Shown here one piece after another: positions 11,786-25,799 of a stretch of DNA of 64,000 nt. A program made the translations under genes and the position numbers. The stretch spans positions 117,676,001-117,740,000 of the forward strand of contig OZ286459.1 of NCBI GenBank assembly GCA_965644265.1, read 5' to 3'. The first letter of the stretch is position 1, and the number at the start of each line of letters is the position of its first letter. Under the pieces are notes generated by a model. It was not told the origin of the DNA. It did no database searches and worked only from the letters and a program-made list of their open reading frames with translations. This stretch comes from Glycera tridactyla. Lineage: Eukaryota.

Positions 11786-13182
11786 TCAAAATTTGGTTAC
11801 TGATGATTCCAAATGCACTTCCATGCCCATGCTGATGGGGTCGGCTCCGAGTGCGGGCTTTTCCTCTTCTAGACAGCAGTTATGTGTGGCCAACTTATAG
11901 AAGAGTTCAAAGATCTCGAATAAGACCAGAAAACTGACGCCTGACCATAAAGTGAATGCTCCACCAAGACTGCCCAGCATTGGGGCTAACTCCAGTGCGG
12001 GTCTATCCTTGTATGTCGTCACATCCTTGCTGTTATATCTGATCACCACCTGGAGAAAATTCTCTTCAATCAGACCAAGTGACTTGACAAGATTTGCGCT
12101 GCCAGCAGGATCAGAACCGAGTAGCTGATACGCCCGTTCGTAGGCAGCAAACGCCTCGGATAGATACGAGTGATTACGGATGTATTTCTCATAAAAACTC
12201 AGCTGGTAAGCTGGATGTGGCCACGGTTGTAGATATGTGTGAACTTCCTGATGAACGGACCGGCACTGTATGTGGCATTCGTCGTGACAGTGCGGGATCT
12301 GTAAACTGTGCAGACAATCTCGTTTGGGGCTTGGCTCATGGCGGTCCCCATCGAATGACTCGCAGAAGTTGTACTCGTTCTGTTGCGAACGCAGAGCATA
12401 GATATTATTCGACAAACATTGACATTTTTCGATGACGTAGCTCTGTCGACATAAATCCTCGCATGATTCTTCCGTGTAATTAATCAGGGCATTCGCTGTC
12501 CATTTCTTGTCCAGGAACGAGCTAGTCTGACATTTGGAGTACGGATCGGGTAAAAGTATCCTCTGCGATGTTTCGAGCGAGACTTCAACATGGTGACCGG
12601 GTGGAATGCCGACAGCATCGCCTAGGTCTGGTAGAGTGTTGGGACTGTGAGGAAGCAGGGTCATACCTGATGCGTACGTCGCATCAAGACTTAACTCGTA
12701 ATCGGTGAGCAGGGTCTTCAGAAAGTCGTCCAGATAGATGATGAGGACAACACCTTTCACATCTAACCGACCCTCCGTGAAATCAAAGCCATGAACTGAC
12801 TCGGAGCTTCCAGAGAGGCTGTCCTCTCTCAGGCGCAGAGTGTAACACATTTGATCTGGATACGGGCGGGATGGTATGATCAAATGGCGGCAGTCGTGAC
12901 CATGATCGTCCATAGTAAGGTGATCTGCAAAGGAGAACCACCTACAGTCCATGATGAATGATTTTGCAGCTTCGTGCAGTTCTTCATGCGTTTGTTTACT
13001 ACTGGCTAGGAAGGTGACCATGTCATGTATAGTTGGCACAGCGTCCTGCGGCCAGGTCTGGGTGTGATTCTCATAGGCTTCCCGTATACCGGGTACGTTA
13101 GCAAATGGGTTACTGTTGCACATTGTGATGTCCGGGAAGGCCACCCTGATGCCTTCATCGATGATTGCAGTCACCACACGTC
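11786..13182 (-). CDS. DEG/ENaC gene, coding exon 2 (ectodomain, TM2, tail)
   Basis: Acceptor TTTTGCAG gives YTSG|RVVTAII...FPDITMCNSNPF (post-TM1 FPxxTxCN motif). Cys-rich thumb (YTEESCEDLCRQSYVIEKCQC), TM2 MLGSLGGAFTLWSGVSFLVLFEIFE. Confidence 0.92.
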
Positions 13183-14927
13183 CTGCAAAATCAAGGAACA
13201 CCTATAATTATTAATCAATCAAGGTGGTGGTAATGACATGTATCAAACCAAAGTAGTGTACGTTGTGTGATCCTGATCTATGGAAAGTACGTGCTCTTAG
13301 CTGCTCAACTTTGTCAATTTCGCCATTTCAAAGTTTTAATGGCACGAATGTATTGCATAGGTCTTCCGGCGATTATCGGACCTGGTTTCAAGTATTCTGC
13401 ATGCCTTTGAAGAGGATGCGCCATCATTTCATTGTTATTCATTCAGGGACTCGGCATTATCGGCGAATATTCGTATAAAACGGTGGGAATACAGAATACG
13501 GCCGCCCCACTTGCCGTGGTGAAATCAGGGGTGAAACCGACATATTTGGTGTTCTAAGGGGAAATATACAAGGGAACTTCACCCAAAACACATTTCAAGT
13601 CGTCAGAAATGACATCCATGACTGCCAGCGTGTTTCGTTTCAGTCCGATGCATATTCAAGATGCCAGGGCGAAAAACGTACCCGCAACAATTTATCTTGA
13701 CAAACTTAGAGATGTACCAGGCAGTTTTTCTTGTTTCCCGACTGGTACTCATGGCATAACACTAGTTGGTCACTTGCCCACCTTCCTGGATAGCTGTATC
13801 ACTGTCCTTTAAACAAATACTGAATTATTATGACCAAACATGTGTAAACACCAAAGGGGAAATTTTTCCAAAGTTGTCCTCGGTGGGGGTTGGTGGCTGT
13901 GTGCTTGAGTAGATGGGCTCGGTGAATGATGGTTTCTGGATGATAACTAAAAAAGTTTTAATTGTTTTCAAATGAAAATTGGTGGGTAGGATTATCTTAG
14001 ATATGGCAAGACGCCTATCAATTTTGGAATGACTCTCTTGAATTTGTCTATATTTCTGCTATTTTTCTTTATTTATGGCATAATTCAATAAAATTTTCAA
14101 AACTGGCTAGTAAAAACAAAAACAAATCTGGTGAATTGCCTTTTTTTCCACTAATTTTTCTCGTCCAGTAATGAACTACAGAATGAATGGAAAAAATTGC
14201 ATCCAGCAAGTATTCCTGTATGGTCTATGGTGTGATTTGTGATTTTTCGGTGATTATTTTCATTGGGTTCCATGGACTATTGGGTCTTTTTTGTTGTGAA
14301 AATGACATTTTCTCCATGTGAGTTTCCCAATTCATGTTGCATTAGGATACTAGACAAAATAAATAAGAGGTTTGATTCATTCAAAAATAGTGCTTATGTG
14401 ATATTTCTTGATGGAATTGTATTTTGACATTTTTTTTGCATTTTCTCAGGATTTCGACAATTAGATAAATAGCTACAGCTGAAAAATGAGACTGGTGACC
14501 CCAACTTGTTTATCAGGAAATCCGATCTATACATCACTAGAAATGATCATACGAAATTTCAAGTATGTGGCAAGTTTTTCAAAGACTGCCTCATTCATTC
14601 TTAAGCGCTCTCACAAAACATGATCACAAGATGATGAGGAAGGTTGTCAAGTAGCAGTACTTCACAGTTCAGACACACCGTGACATGTCTCATATGAAGA
14701 TAATCATTGATGGCATGTCTGATTATGTGAATGTCTGGGAGCTTACACTCGGACCTGATAGCAGTGCTTTTATTTTAAACAGGGCTATGTCAATTAGTTT
14801 GCATGTTATGGACGAGAAAGTCAGACTCCTGTTCCAGTGGAGGTAGAGAGGCTTGCGTTATTTGACGCGGACAAATATTCAACGCTGACGAAAAAACATA
14901 GCCCCAACTGAAGAAAACCCCTCACTT

Positions 14928-15588
14928 CCATGAAGCCCACTCAAACGCCAAATTTACATGCAAAACAATGGCTCAACTCATTTTATGGAACACATCTTTC
15001 ATATATGGGTTTCATCCTGATGCTTGTTCGATGAACTTATAGATGGCTGGTATTCATAAGAGTATCCTTTGAAATGATCCTTGTCTGAATTAGAAAAAGC
15101 ATCTTGCCCCCCCCCCCCCCCGATCAATCGATTCTATTAGAAGACATCATTCATAGTTGGCCATCGTTAGGGTTTGCTATGGAATGCATCTGTGTCAAAT
15201 TGAGTGTGGTGAGTGACATCCACCATCTTTAGAAACAATATTTCTGAGAGAGTATTTATGTCCCATGAAGCCCACCCAAACGCCAAATTTACATGCAACA
15301 CAATGGCTCAACTCATTCTATGGAACACATCTTTCATATATGGGTTTCATCCGGATGCTTGTTCGATGAACTTATAGATGGCTGGTATTCATAAGAGTAT
15401 CCTTTGAAATGATCCTTGTCTGAATTAGAAAAAGCATTTTGCCCCCCCCCCCCCCGATCAATCAATTCTATCAGAAGACATCATTCATAGTTGGCAATCG
15501 TTAGGGTTTGCTATGGAATGCATCTGTGTCAAATTGAGTGTGGTGAGTGACATCCACCATCTTTAGAAACTATATTTCTGAAAGAGTA
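14928..15588. repeat. Near-identical ~335-bp tandem duplication in the ENaC intron
   Basis: CCATGAAGCCCAC..AAACGCCAAATTTACATGC at 14928 and 15263. The units match through a poly-C tract to CATCTTTAGAAAC. Confidence 0.95.
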
Positions 15589-15958
15589 TCTTCCAAAAAT
15601 CAATCAGGCTGCTGGAAGACCCCATTGTATGGCTGGCATCTCTTGGGGAATAGTATTGATGAGTGCTGACAAACTCACGATTTCTGAAAGTGACATTTTG
15701 CTTCAAAATGATCCCTGATGGCAAAGCCCCGTCATTTACCAAAGAAGTCCAATCAGCGAATGAATTATACAGGCCAAGTTTCATGGGGCAAGGCCTCCTG
15801 GGTGCTGAGCGAGGAGACTTTAACTTTACTCGATATGACTTTGATATGACATAAACGCAGATGGCGATGCCAATGCCGACGCCAATGCTGAGGCAACTGC
15901 ATCACCCCCTTCACTTTCCTTGAGGTGAGGTGAAACTAGGTAAATGTTGTTCACCTAC

Positions 15959-16136
15959 CTGATGTGTAGAGGACAATCAAACGCTGTACAAAAAAGCATG
16001 AGACGGATAGCCCGAATAGGACAGCCAGGGACCATGCTACCCGAAGAAATAAAGATTCGGACTTGACTGCTCGGGACCATCCCTTCAGCGACGTCGTCTG
16101 AAGGAAGGTCCTCAAGATCTTCTTCGAACTAGTCAT
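15959..16136 (-). CDS. DEG/ENaC (amiloride-sensitive Na+ channel family) gene, coding exon 1 (join complement 16136-15959,13182-11786; 524 aa)
   Basis: MTSSKKILRTFLQTTSLKGWSRAVKS (pre-TM1 HG-equivalent = KG), TM1 RVAWSLAVLFGLSVSCFFVQRLIVLY. Donor TCAG|GTAGGT, phase 1. In-frame stop lies upstream of the ATG at 16136. Confidence 0.85.
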
Positions 16137-16364
16137 CCAGATGATCAAGACCAGTCAGTCTGCATCAAGACTACCCGCCAACTGCGGTGGTAGATCGTGT
16201 ATATGAAAGCAGGGATGTGTATGTACATGGATGAAGGTGAATGTTGATGTGATGGGCATATTCTGCCACGCTATTGTGATTCATCCCTCAGCCGTCCTTT
16301 ACTGAGGTCACCTACTGGTATACTGCTTAGAAGAACAAACAGTCACATGATGTTGGGCTATATT

Positions 16365-16372
16365 TTTATATA
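16365..16372 (-). promoter_or_regulatory. Possible TATA box for the ENaC gene
   Basis: TATATAAA on the minus strand about 230 nt upstream of the ATG; supported only by position. Confidence 0.25.
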
Positions 16373-19300
16373 ATGTTTGCTCTGTGGGTTTATGGCTTCG
16401 TTCGTAGTACACACAAAAATACGCTGAGCAGCCGTTTAATAATCCCACATTCAAAGCTTGCCTCGTAAGAGGGCCCTGCTATGGTTGGGAATATATCTTT
16501 TGACCCTTTCTTTCTAATGCTACCCGGATGCGTTGTATCTCACGGGATAGGATATCAATGCAAGCAGGGCATATTTCACTAAAGAATGAGAATCACTGAA
16601 TGGTCGAGTTGATTGCTTATGTCAATTTGATGGCTTGTGAATCATGCCTATCATTTGTCAACCACCAAATTCAAGATGGCTGCCAAGTAGCAAATATCCG
16701 GACTGTTTTATCATGTTGATGATTGTGAGTCATCCTGATTTTGAAAACCCGAGAGTCATGTCAACTTCTTTCTATCATGCGATAACCTGAAAATTCAACG
16801 CCATCTCATAGCGAGTGATTTGCTCCATTTCTGAATCATTGCTTCAAACTTTTTGTAATAGCATTCTGAAAGCAATCAATGTTGACCCATTGTAGTCTAG
16901 AAATCCAGAGTCACCGCTCCAAACCAATGCATGGGTGTCTTCCCAGGCCTAAGGTGAGTCCGAGTAACTACGTGAAGATGAGAGGAACCTTTGGAGTTAC
17001 ATGGAAAGTCATCACAATCATCACAATCAAGTTTAAAGTTGATAGCTACCTAACCTTCCATGCCATCACCACCAAGATTACGATTCTGACGTTCCCTACA
17101 CAATAATCGCCCAAACTTGAAATCCATGGCCCCGGTTCAATATTGATAAGCATCTTGGCTATAGCATGTTCCCATACCACGTTTCATGTCAGGAACTGTC
17201 AACAACCAGGAGTTACTCTCAAGAAAGCAAATTCTGACCTCGGTGGGCTTGGACCTAAGTTCCCAACTCACAGATTAATAACCTCTTCTCTGACTCAAGC
17301 CAAGAAAGTGTACCGTGTGAGAAGTCACCATCCCTAGTCCCCGGCCAAAGTCTCAAGTCTGATTTTGGATGAAAGGATAAACAGCCGTTTCTATGGCTTC
17401 ACAGGTTTGCCTGTTTGGCTGTCTGTCTATTTTTCCGCCCATCAGTCTGATTGCTTATCAGCCTGTCTGTTATCTAAACCTTGGACATGGATGATACCAC
17501 CTGTCAACCATAACACCTTGCGCGTAAGTGAGTTTAATCAATTTCCGACTATTTGCGGGATCCAGGGGGTGTCTTAAATGCTCCCAACCATATGCCCATT
17601 GCATGGCGTCTCAATATCGCTACATGCGTCTAAGGAGGAGAGAAACAAGGGTCCAAATCCAGTATGTCGCAGAGAATATGCTGAGCAAATAAGGCAACTT
17701 ATACTCGAAGATAAGCCATAGATGCACTGACTCGTCTTCTGTAAACTGTTGTAGGAATAGAATAAAACTAGTGTCTGCTATTTTGCCTGAAAATGAAAAT
17801 CCCAGACGGTTCCCACTGTTGTTCGAGTAAGACTCGAACGACATCTTGAAAATATGTGATGACCAAAATATCCCCAATGCACATGGAGACTGTCAACTAT
17901 GCGAATGATACCAATATTCCCACCACGCACGAAACTGAATACCTTTAGATAAGATGATTCCACAAGTACCATGGAGCAATCTTGACGGATTCAAATATAC
18001 TGAATCTAAGAACCAGAAGCTTTCGCCATCTTATTCAGTCATCAGATTGATGTCCTAGTTCGACTTTCTCAGGGGTCAATATAAGACAGGCACCCCTTTT
18101 CAAATATTCGTTATATAATTGGGATTCTGTATTCATTTATTGAAAGTTTGTAATTTATTGGAAAGACTCTGTACCACGTACCAAAACAGGCGGACACGTT
18201 GCCATTCTTGAAATCATTAGTAATCATGTCCCCTTTTTCAGAAATATGGATATTCATGTCTGATCAGAAATGAGTGTCTTACGAAACCCGAAAGGAGGAG
18301 TCCGAATAATCTCGCACATGCTTATTCCGAGGGCGTCACAATATAGCCCAGATGGTGCCAATGAGACACAAAACGACCGACCAACCAACCAACCAGTCAG
18401 CCAACCAACTGACCAACCGTTCAAATACTAATCATATCCTGTGATAGTTGATGGTCGAAGCGACATCTGTTGAGGTAGGATCACCCGTTAACTTTTGAGA
18501 CAAGTGTAATCTAATCAGTCCACCAGGCGTCGCTCGTGTCTTACGAACTGTGTCACCCACTAGATGTCTCAAAGAGTAGTAGGGAAGTGAGTAACTTGGT
18601 CCCCTCGTTCGATATGCCCGCTGGATCAGTCGGACTGGGATGAGTGCTAAGAAGTTAGCTTCGAGAGAGTGCTGTGGGACACGATATTTTGCCTGTTGAA
18701 AAAGAATTTGCCGTATTCCATTGGGTCAGATGTAAGTTGGGAATTCAAAAGTTTTGTGCCAGAATTGATTCTCCTCACTGAGACAGAAAAGGGGCCCATA
18801 CTGGATAATTTGTGTGGAATATACCATGGCCCCTCTGGATGCAACCCTGCAGATGTGTAACGAGAATGACTACATTTTCTGTCTGAGGTTTCAAAACGTC
18901 AAGAGATTCATATCCATATTGTGAATCTGTGGATCTTAGATTTTCCGCTGGGGACCAAGCAGTCTTGCATGATACTACCCACGCCCTATGCATGTGCGTC
19001 TCAATCTATTCAGGCTTAGTCACATTGAAACACTCATTCAAAGGGCCTGATTGTGATCATTCAAGACTCCGCCTCGGCCTCCGACACCCGTGCGATGAGC
19101 ATAGGTGGGATTATTCTAACTTGGTTTCCTCGTCAGATATCGTGTATCAGCTAGGATCATTCAAGACTGAAGGCCACAGTGCTCCGCAGTGAACAAGGGC
19201 TATATTGAGGCGTATCCAATGGGCACGGGAATGGGCCATTGGTATGTCCTTCTGCTGGGTCCAAGAAGGCCGACGATCGCAGTATCCCCCATCATTGTGA

Positions 19301-21454
19301 ATAGCTGGTCATGTGAAATATAGCATTTCAAGTTTGGAAACGCCGCAGAAGAGTAGAATGAACTGGTATTGAAGCCTGGAGTTGATATGCCAACCCTTGT
19401 GTTCCTGATCGGATGAGTGCTGGATGCTATACTCCTTTCAACATCACTCACACATCTGAGTTGTGTGAATCTATCCCATGTTCAGGGCAACACCATGCTC
19501 AACATTTTTTTTATAACAGGAGTGACACCTCGAGAATCCGAAATTCATGAATATACGCCTTCTGTTGGGGGAACCAGAAGGAGAAGTCTTGAATGAGCCC
19601 ATCCAATGGTCGTCACAATATGGCACGGGGCGCAGGACCACCATGCACACAATGATGAGGAGGTACCTGAACGTCTGTCTAGAGAAAATAGCTGGCAGTT
19701 GAAACGTATTTAATTTAGTACTGCTTCGGCTACATTGAAATTGGGATCGGTGCAACACAGCACTAATGCACTAGGATTGGTTCAATGAGTTATCGATTCA
19801 ATAAAGTATATCAGCTAACGACATAAAACGAAAACACAATCAAGTTTCGAAGCTTTAATCGTCAATGGTGTGGATATTCCCCATAGAACGCTGATAACAG
19901 AGCTGATTTGACCCATACGTAAATGAAGTACAAAGGATTAGCAGTCTTGTCAGCCTTTTGTATAAAGAATAATACTTTCAATTCAATGGTAACAAAGTAG
20001 TGTATAACAAAAACAATAACATGAATGCGCTCCTAACAGGTGCTCGACATGCCAGGGTGTCATTTGGCTCATGAAAGAATAGACTATTTGTTATCACCTA
20101 GAACCCTATTGGGCTGCATTTTGAAGAAGTGTCTATTCAGACTACCATGTATGGGATCGGGGAAGAAAACGAGAGCACACCTTCACTTATATTTGAACTA
20201 AACCTAGGTAGTCAATCGCACTTTTCTGAGATGAATCACATTCTGCCATAAGGATGCAACACAACGATGGACAATAATGAAAGCAGCTTGAGTTCAAGGA
20301 GATCAAGTAACTCAAATGTGGTTTCTAGCGGCAGTATAAATCAGGCACGGACGACTAATTGGGAGAACATGATTGACCCGAGCAACTAGAAGCGAAATCG
20401 GATTTTGCCTACTACAAGCCCCATCATAATGCAACCGCAATGGAATGACCTTGAATAGGAAATCATTGGTAACCTAACCATCATCAATATATTCACTTTA
20501 TCGTACTATGCCATTACCGAACAAGATGAATAGTACACCATCCCACAAAGGTAGGTATCAACTAATGGTATGAAGTGAGTCGTATTACTCGGGATTGAAG
20601 ATAGTAGCCACCCCTGATTATCGTATAAATCTGATTGGTGGTAATATTCTAGTAAGTACTCAATAATATAGTTTCATGTTGCGGACGGTTTCTACATCAT
20701 ACGTCCATGCCATCAAGTGATGTCAGAGGCACTCTGCTACCCACCCCGTCCTCTTCTTATCACATACAAAACTAAAAAGGCATACATTGCAAGCGACAAG
20801 TTTATATACATCATTCATGTCTTCACAGAAAGGACAGAGTCAGCCAAGAATAAGACTGTCGGTGTTCATCGCGACACATCAGAGTTGAATGAACAGATCA
20901 TACTTGTTGTTTTGGCTGTTTCGGTGAATGTTGTCTGCGCTGATGGAACACCGACATACCTACTGCTACACGCTCATATCCTCCTTGATCTTGTATGATC
21001 CCACGGCAACTACCAGCTTATTCAAGCATAAGGCAAGTGATATCACCCCACAAATGTTATCCATATACTAACACTGTTTAGATTTTAGCTCACAATTTCA
21101 TCCAAGCGGCAAGTACAAAAGTACCAATTCGAATGGTAATTTTCCACACGCGGAAACCAGTGACTCAAATGCATTGCATCGGAATACAAAGATTTTACGT
21201 TTCTCCAGTTTGAATTCATATACTCGTTGACTGTAGACATTAAATCGGCGTAGACAGTGGCTATACTGCGTTAATTTACATGTACAGGCGGCACTCGTGC
21301 GGTACCGCAATCAACTGGGGGACCACGAGGAGCCAATACTAAATTGTCCCGGTGTTTCGTTTTCATGATTGGCTGCCCTTTATTAACAACTGTCTTCTCA
21401 TATATAATCTTGTGTTTCCGTATTTATACATATAAAGCTGGTGGGGCGTATGAT

Positions 21455-21595
21455 CTACTCGTCTTCATCCTCGTCGACTCCGATGAGAGCCAGAAGCATC
21501 TTCTTGTAGTCACCACCGCAGTCGCTCTCAATGAATTCCCGGAGGTACTGTTCGTACTTGCGTCTGAACTGTATTCTGATTGGAATCATATCAAT
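21455..21595 (-). CDS. Annexin terminal exon, distal variant
   Basis: TTTTTCAG|ATT; IDMIPIRIQFRRKYEQYLREFIESDCGGDYKKMLLALIGVDEDEDE*. AATAAA on the minus strand at 21379-21384. Confidence 0.88.
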   Translation of the reverse strand: MDMIPIRIQFRRKYEQYLREFIESDCGGDYKKMLLALIGVDEDEDE

Positions 21596-24114
21596 CTGAA
21601 AAACAGCAGAAACAAAAAGGCTGTCAGTATGGATCTATACGCCCATCTGATAGTAGTACATCGTGCTTCTTCAATTCGACCTGAAACATTCGGAGAAGAG
21701 TCATAACAATGGCAGTGGAAAAGCTGAGTTTTTCTTTGTCCACACCTCCATCCAAATCTAATCCTGCATAGTCCGTGGTGGCTCTTTATTGAGAAATAGT
21801 AAGTACATCAATTTTCGCTTGTATTCATTCAAGTTACTGTTAATTAGACATTTATATTCTTCCCGACTTGAGAGCTACTAACAATGTTGCGATATTGGAA
21901 GGTACACAGAAATGAAAAAACATGTCCCTGGCTTAATGAGAACATTCATCACAGTTACGAGGCTTAGAGAAATGGCATTTTAAAACAACTTCAATAAATT
22001 GCAACACTTCTGGAGGACCCCCCATACACACACATACATACAGTCGAATCACACCAATCCTTTGATGTTAGAAACAGAAATGTGCTGGTTGAACAAAAGC
22101 AATCTGTCAGGACCTATCCGACTATGATCATCACAACGATGTCCTTTTCTGCTATGAGACATACTATTTTGATCATGTTCATTCTTTCCCCTTTTGTTTT
22201 CTTCAGCATTCTGCAAGAGCTGATCTTGAAGAGCACGGAGAGCAACACATGCTAAAACTGTTAGTATAGAGTAACAACTTAGACAGACAAGAAAATCTGA
22301 TTATGGATAGTAGAAGGAGCGGGTGTCTCGTCCATAATACTTCCCGTTTGCTAAGTATCCAAACAATACAGAATGTGACCGAACCACTTTATCTACTGAA
22401 TTTGTACAGCAGATGTACCATGAAGTCTTCAAGGTCTACTAGTGAATATTTCGCTACCATCAACTGTTAAAAGGACCACAGATTTCATGGGGAATCCGAC
22501 CTTATACATTTCAATGAGTGGAGAAAGTTTGATTTCTCTAATGACATACTAAATCATGGAATTTGACAAGGTAACTATTCAGAAAATATGTAATATTACA
22601 TTTAGTTTGTTGGGGATTATTATCTGTTCCACAACAATATGGGTTATATCAGGGTATCGTGAGCACTGGGGTACCCATACCCGTGAACAACGCTAATTCA
22701 CGGTATTAGCCTGGCAAGACAAAAATTGTGGCAAGCAAATGGGTGAGAGGTCATAATATGGGATATCCTAGTTAAAACTGGGATGAAAGTCGCAATACAG
22801 GCTTTTTTTACTAGCTCCTCTCTAGTCATGGGTGAATTCTATTCACTTGGTCCTGTCAAATTACATCTCAATGTTGTAGAGGTAACAGAGACCAATAGAT
22901 GCAGTACTGCGGTGGCTTATCACGCGATACATAATGTGAATATTCTACAACAGCAGCGCTGACAAGGCCAAGATGGAGAAAGCCTTTTTTCCTATGTGGC
23001 GGGACCATTTCTTTATTCTTTATGCTCCTTGAATAGTCTTATCTTGAAACATTTTGATAACTGGCAATTGCTCCTGTAGCGCTTCATCAGGCGATGTACA
23101 ATATTGTAAGTGACTAAACCATCCTACTGGAACAAGGGTTGGTTTGCCCCACAGAATAGTGCGACGTTTCAAGGCAAAGTGGGATGCGATCTTCCAAAAC
23201 TTGCTCCGACTTACATTGTATTATACACAGATTACCTGATGTAGCGTATGACATACGACATCATAATCGACAGCACTGATTTATATACAACAATTATTTG
23301 TGTGGCGATAACAATTCCTTGAATAAATGACAAGGACTCCGGGGCTATTCTTTGCCTTCTGTCCCACGTCAAATGAACTGACAAGATGTCCCATCAACCT
23401 GGTTGCCTGAATATTAACAGTGGCTCGCATACTCTATATCTGCGCCATATATTCTCAAATATATTTTCCCATGAATCAATGACTTCAATTGCGTTGGATT
23501 CTGTGACAAACAACATTTGTGTCTTGATTTTCGTCAGTTCTCAGAGAGTCCTCGCCCACAACAGGGAGGTTTTTATGTAGAGCAATCCATATCACATATA
23601 GTATAAGTGTAGTTTCCAATATGGCACATATAGTGGTGTGGGAAAATGTGTTCAAAATATGGCCGTGTCAACAAGCATGTAACCATAGGTCCATCATGGA
23701 TATTCCATCAATTGGATTTGATATCAGAAATATGCTACTTATAATCTGAGGAAGTTCAATTGTTCATCTGGAGTAAAAATCATGAGTATTCACTTTTTGA
23801 ATACAATCAAGTGGGTACGATAGACTACACACCGTAGTAATTCTCCAAGCACCAGGGTAAGTAAACTCCATGGAAAATAATGATATTGTCTTTCAGCATT
23901 TAAACCTAGGGTGGTCTCGAGAATGATTCATACATGAACAAATTGGTAAACCACAACAGGACTTGACTGCTGGTTGGAAGGAGAGGTCAGTCGAGGGAAG
24001 ATGCAAGAACAATCAGAAACACAGCAGGTGAATCACCAGAAGCAGGCAACTTGTGTACTGAGGTTGGTGCACTACTCGCCAAACAAGTTCTTACAGAAAT
24101 GAGGAAGTTGGAAT

Positions 24115-24246
24115 TTATTCATCCTCAGCACCTATGAGTGCAAGAAGCATGCGCTTGTAGTCACCACTGCAGTCACCCTTGACGAAGTCTCGTAAGGAGT
24201 CCTGATATCTATGTGCGAATGTCACTTTAATAGGTATCATATCGAT
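24115..24246 (-). CDS. Annexin terminal exon, proximal variant
   Basis: TTATTCAG|ATC; IDMIPIKVTFAHRYQDSLRDFVKGDCSGDYKRMLLALIGAEDE*. Confidence 0.9.
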   Translation of the reverse strand: MDMIPIKVTFAHRYQDSLRDFVKGDCSGDYKRMLLALIGAEDE

Positions 24247-24804
24247 CTGAATAAAGAGCATACACAAATTTCGAATTCAGATATTTTCATACATATAAAC
24301 TTCATTCAAGTTGTAATTCAGCTTGTGAGAACATACTAGTGATACAGATTTCACTGAACGACAGATCGAAAGCGGCTGAAGTGAAAGCAAATGGCCATAA
24401 AATTGGTCAATTCTCCATTAGCTGTACCCACTAGGTCTGTAAAAGGCAATGGACAACACGAGACAGTCACCGTTCCAACTGTAGGTATAAATAGAGTGCA
24501 AATGATTCCAGACACACATAGAATAAAGAGAAGATCTTTTCCCCTGAGTTTGGTCGATGATCATTCAAATGATTGTTAGATATATATGAATTAATGTCCT
24601 GAATTCACATTGTGCTGATTTTCTGAGAACAATTTTCATCTCTACTGTTCTAATTTTACAGGGAAATTCCGGCATGGGGCCATCTCTGGATAACAAATGA
24701 CCAAATACCCGGAATTATAGTTAAGTAGAGCTTTGTCACAGAGGTGACGAAAATAACCCCGCCGCCACTTTGATACTAAGAATGTATGCAATATGGCCAA
24801 GGTA

Positions 24805-24958
24805 CAGCTGACCTGTCTATAAAGGGCACCTCCTGTCACACCAAAAAATGGCCTTTATAGACAGGTGGTTTTGATAGAGGTCATTCACAGGTGAGAAAAA
24901 AATCATGGCCGCAGCTCAGGGTGACATAGAGAGGTGGTCTCTCAAGCAGGTTTGACTA
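24805..24958. mobile_element. Related degenerate MITE
   Basis: TA-CAGCTGACCTGTCTATAAAGGGCACC ... GAGGTGGTCTCTCAAGCAGGTTTGACTA. A similar relic lies at about 47895-48035. Confidence 0.55.
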
Positions 24959-25329
24959 TGAGAGTGTATGCATGTGTGTGTTTGTGTGTTGAGGGTGTGT
25001 TATGTGATTGTGGAGAGAGCAAAGAAATGGACAAGTCATGGAGGAGAGCAACAGAAGCAGTCTATTACCGGAGAATCTTACATAACAATGAAAGAAAACC
25101 CAAGGGGAGTGTGAGAGGCCTTACACCATACATACAATTTAATGAGCCTCGTCAATTTCGTTGTCTCAATGAATTCCAAACTTCTAGATACAACCAAATA
25201 CCCAGATACCAAACAATTTTTTTTTTTTTGTATAACTCTGGAATGTGTGGATCAATCTGCATGAAAATTGTGTCTGGCACATCTACTCTTTGTGTTGAGG
25301 GAGGAGATACGTTTTTGGTGATTCTTGCA

Positions 25330-25550
25330 TAATCACTCAATTAGCCTAATTACTGAGTCATTAATGAGAATTTCACACAGAACATGACCAGGATGTGTGT
25401 GTAATGCTTGGTTCTGTCTAATAAAACAATCAGAATCAAAATCTATCAAGAAATGAGGGAGGAGATGTAATGTCTGAATTCTGGACGACGACGGACGACG
25501 GACGCCGCTTGATGGCATAAGCTCATCAGCCTTCGGCCAGATGAGCTAAT
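25330..25550 (+). mobile_element. Helentron-like non-autonomous element 3' end
   Basis: (GACG/GAC)n tract, then terminal hairpin GCTCATC-n12-GATGAGC-TAA (25521-25546). The left boundary is approximate. Confidence 0.5.
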
Positions 25551-25799
25551 CAGGACAGAATTGCCTCTGTTCTCTTGACTGAGAAAGGCTACAGGTGTCA
25601 GTGAATTCAAAATCATCATTTTGACCTCTTTTACTCAGTCACACAAGGCAGACGAATAGTGGATTATCATAACAAACTTGCATTTCTGGTCAATAAAATA
25701 TGCCCATCGTGCGACCAATATGATGACCGATAAACTGAAGAAAAATCCATCAGAAGAACAGAGCAGTTATGGCAGAAGAAAGCCGTTGTTAATACCTAC

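Noticed and set aside
15563-15784. 73-aa minus-strand ORF inside the ENaC locus as an extra exon
   Set aside because: Exon 1 joins exon 2 in frame with the expected TM1-to-FPxxTxCN spacing, leaving no room, and the ORF has no ENaC motif.
22330-22420. YPNNTEC, resembling a CUB-domain motif
   Set aside because: The match is too short, the rest of a CUB pattern is absent and stops follow.
25515-25550. CTGATGAG on the minus strand as a hammerhead core
   Set aside because: No GAAA/UH partner; better explained as a Helentron-like terminal hairpin.
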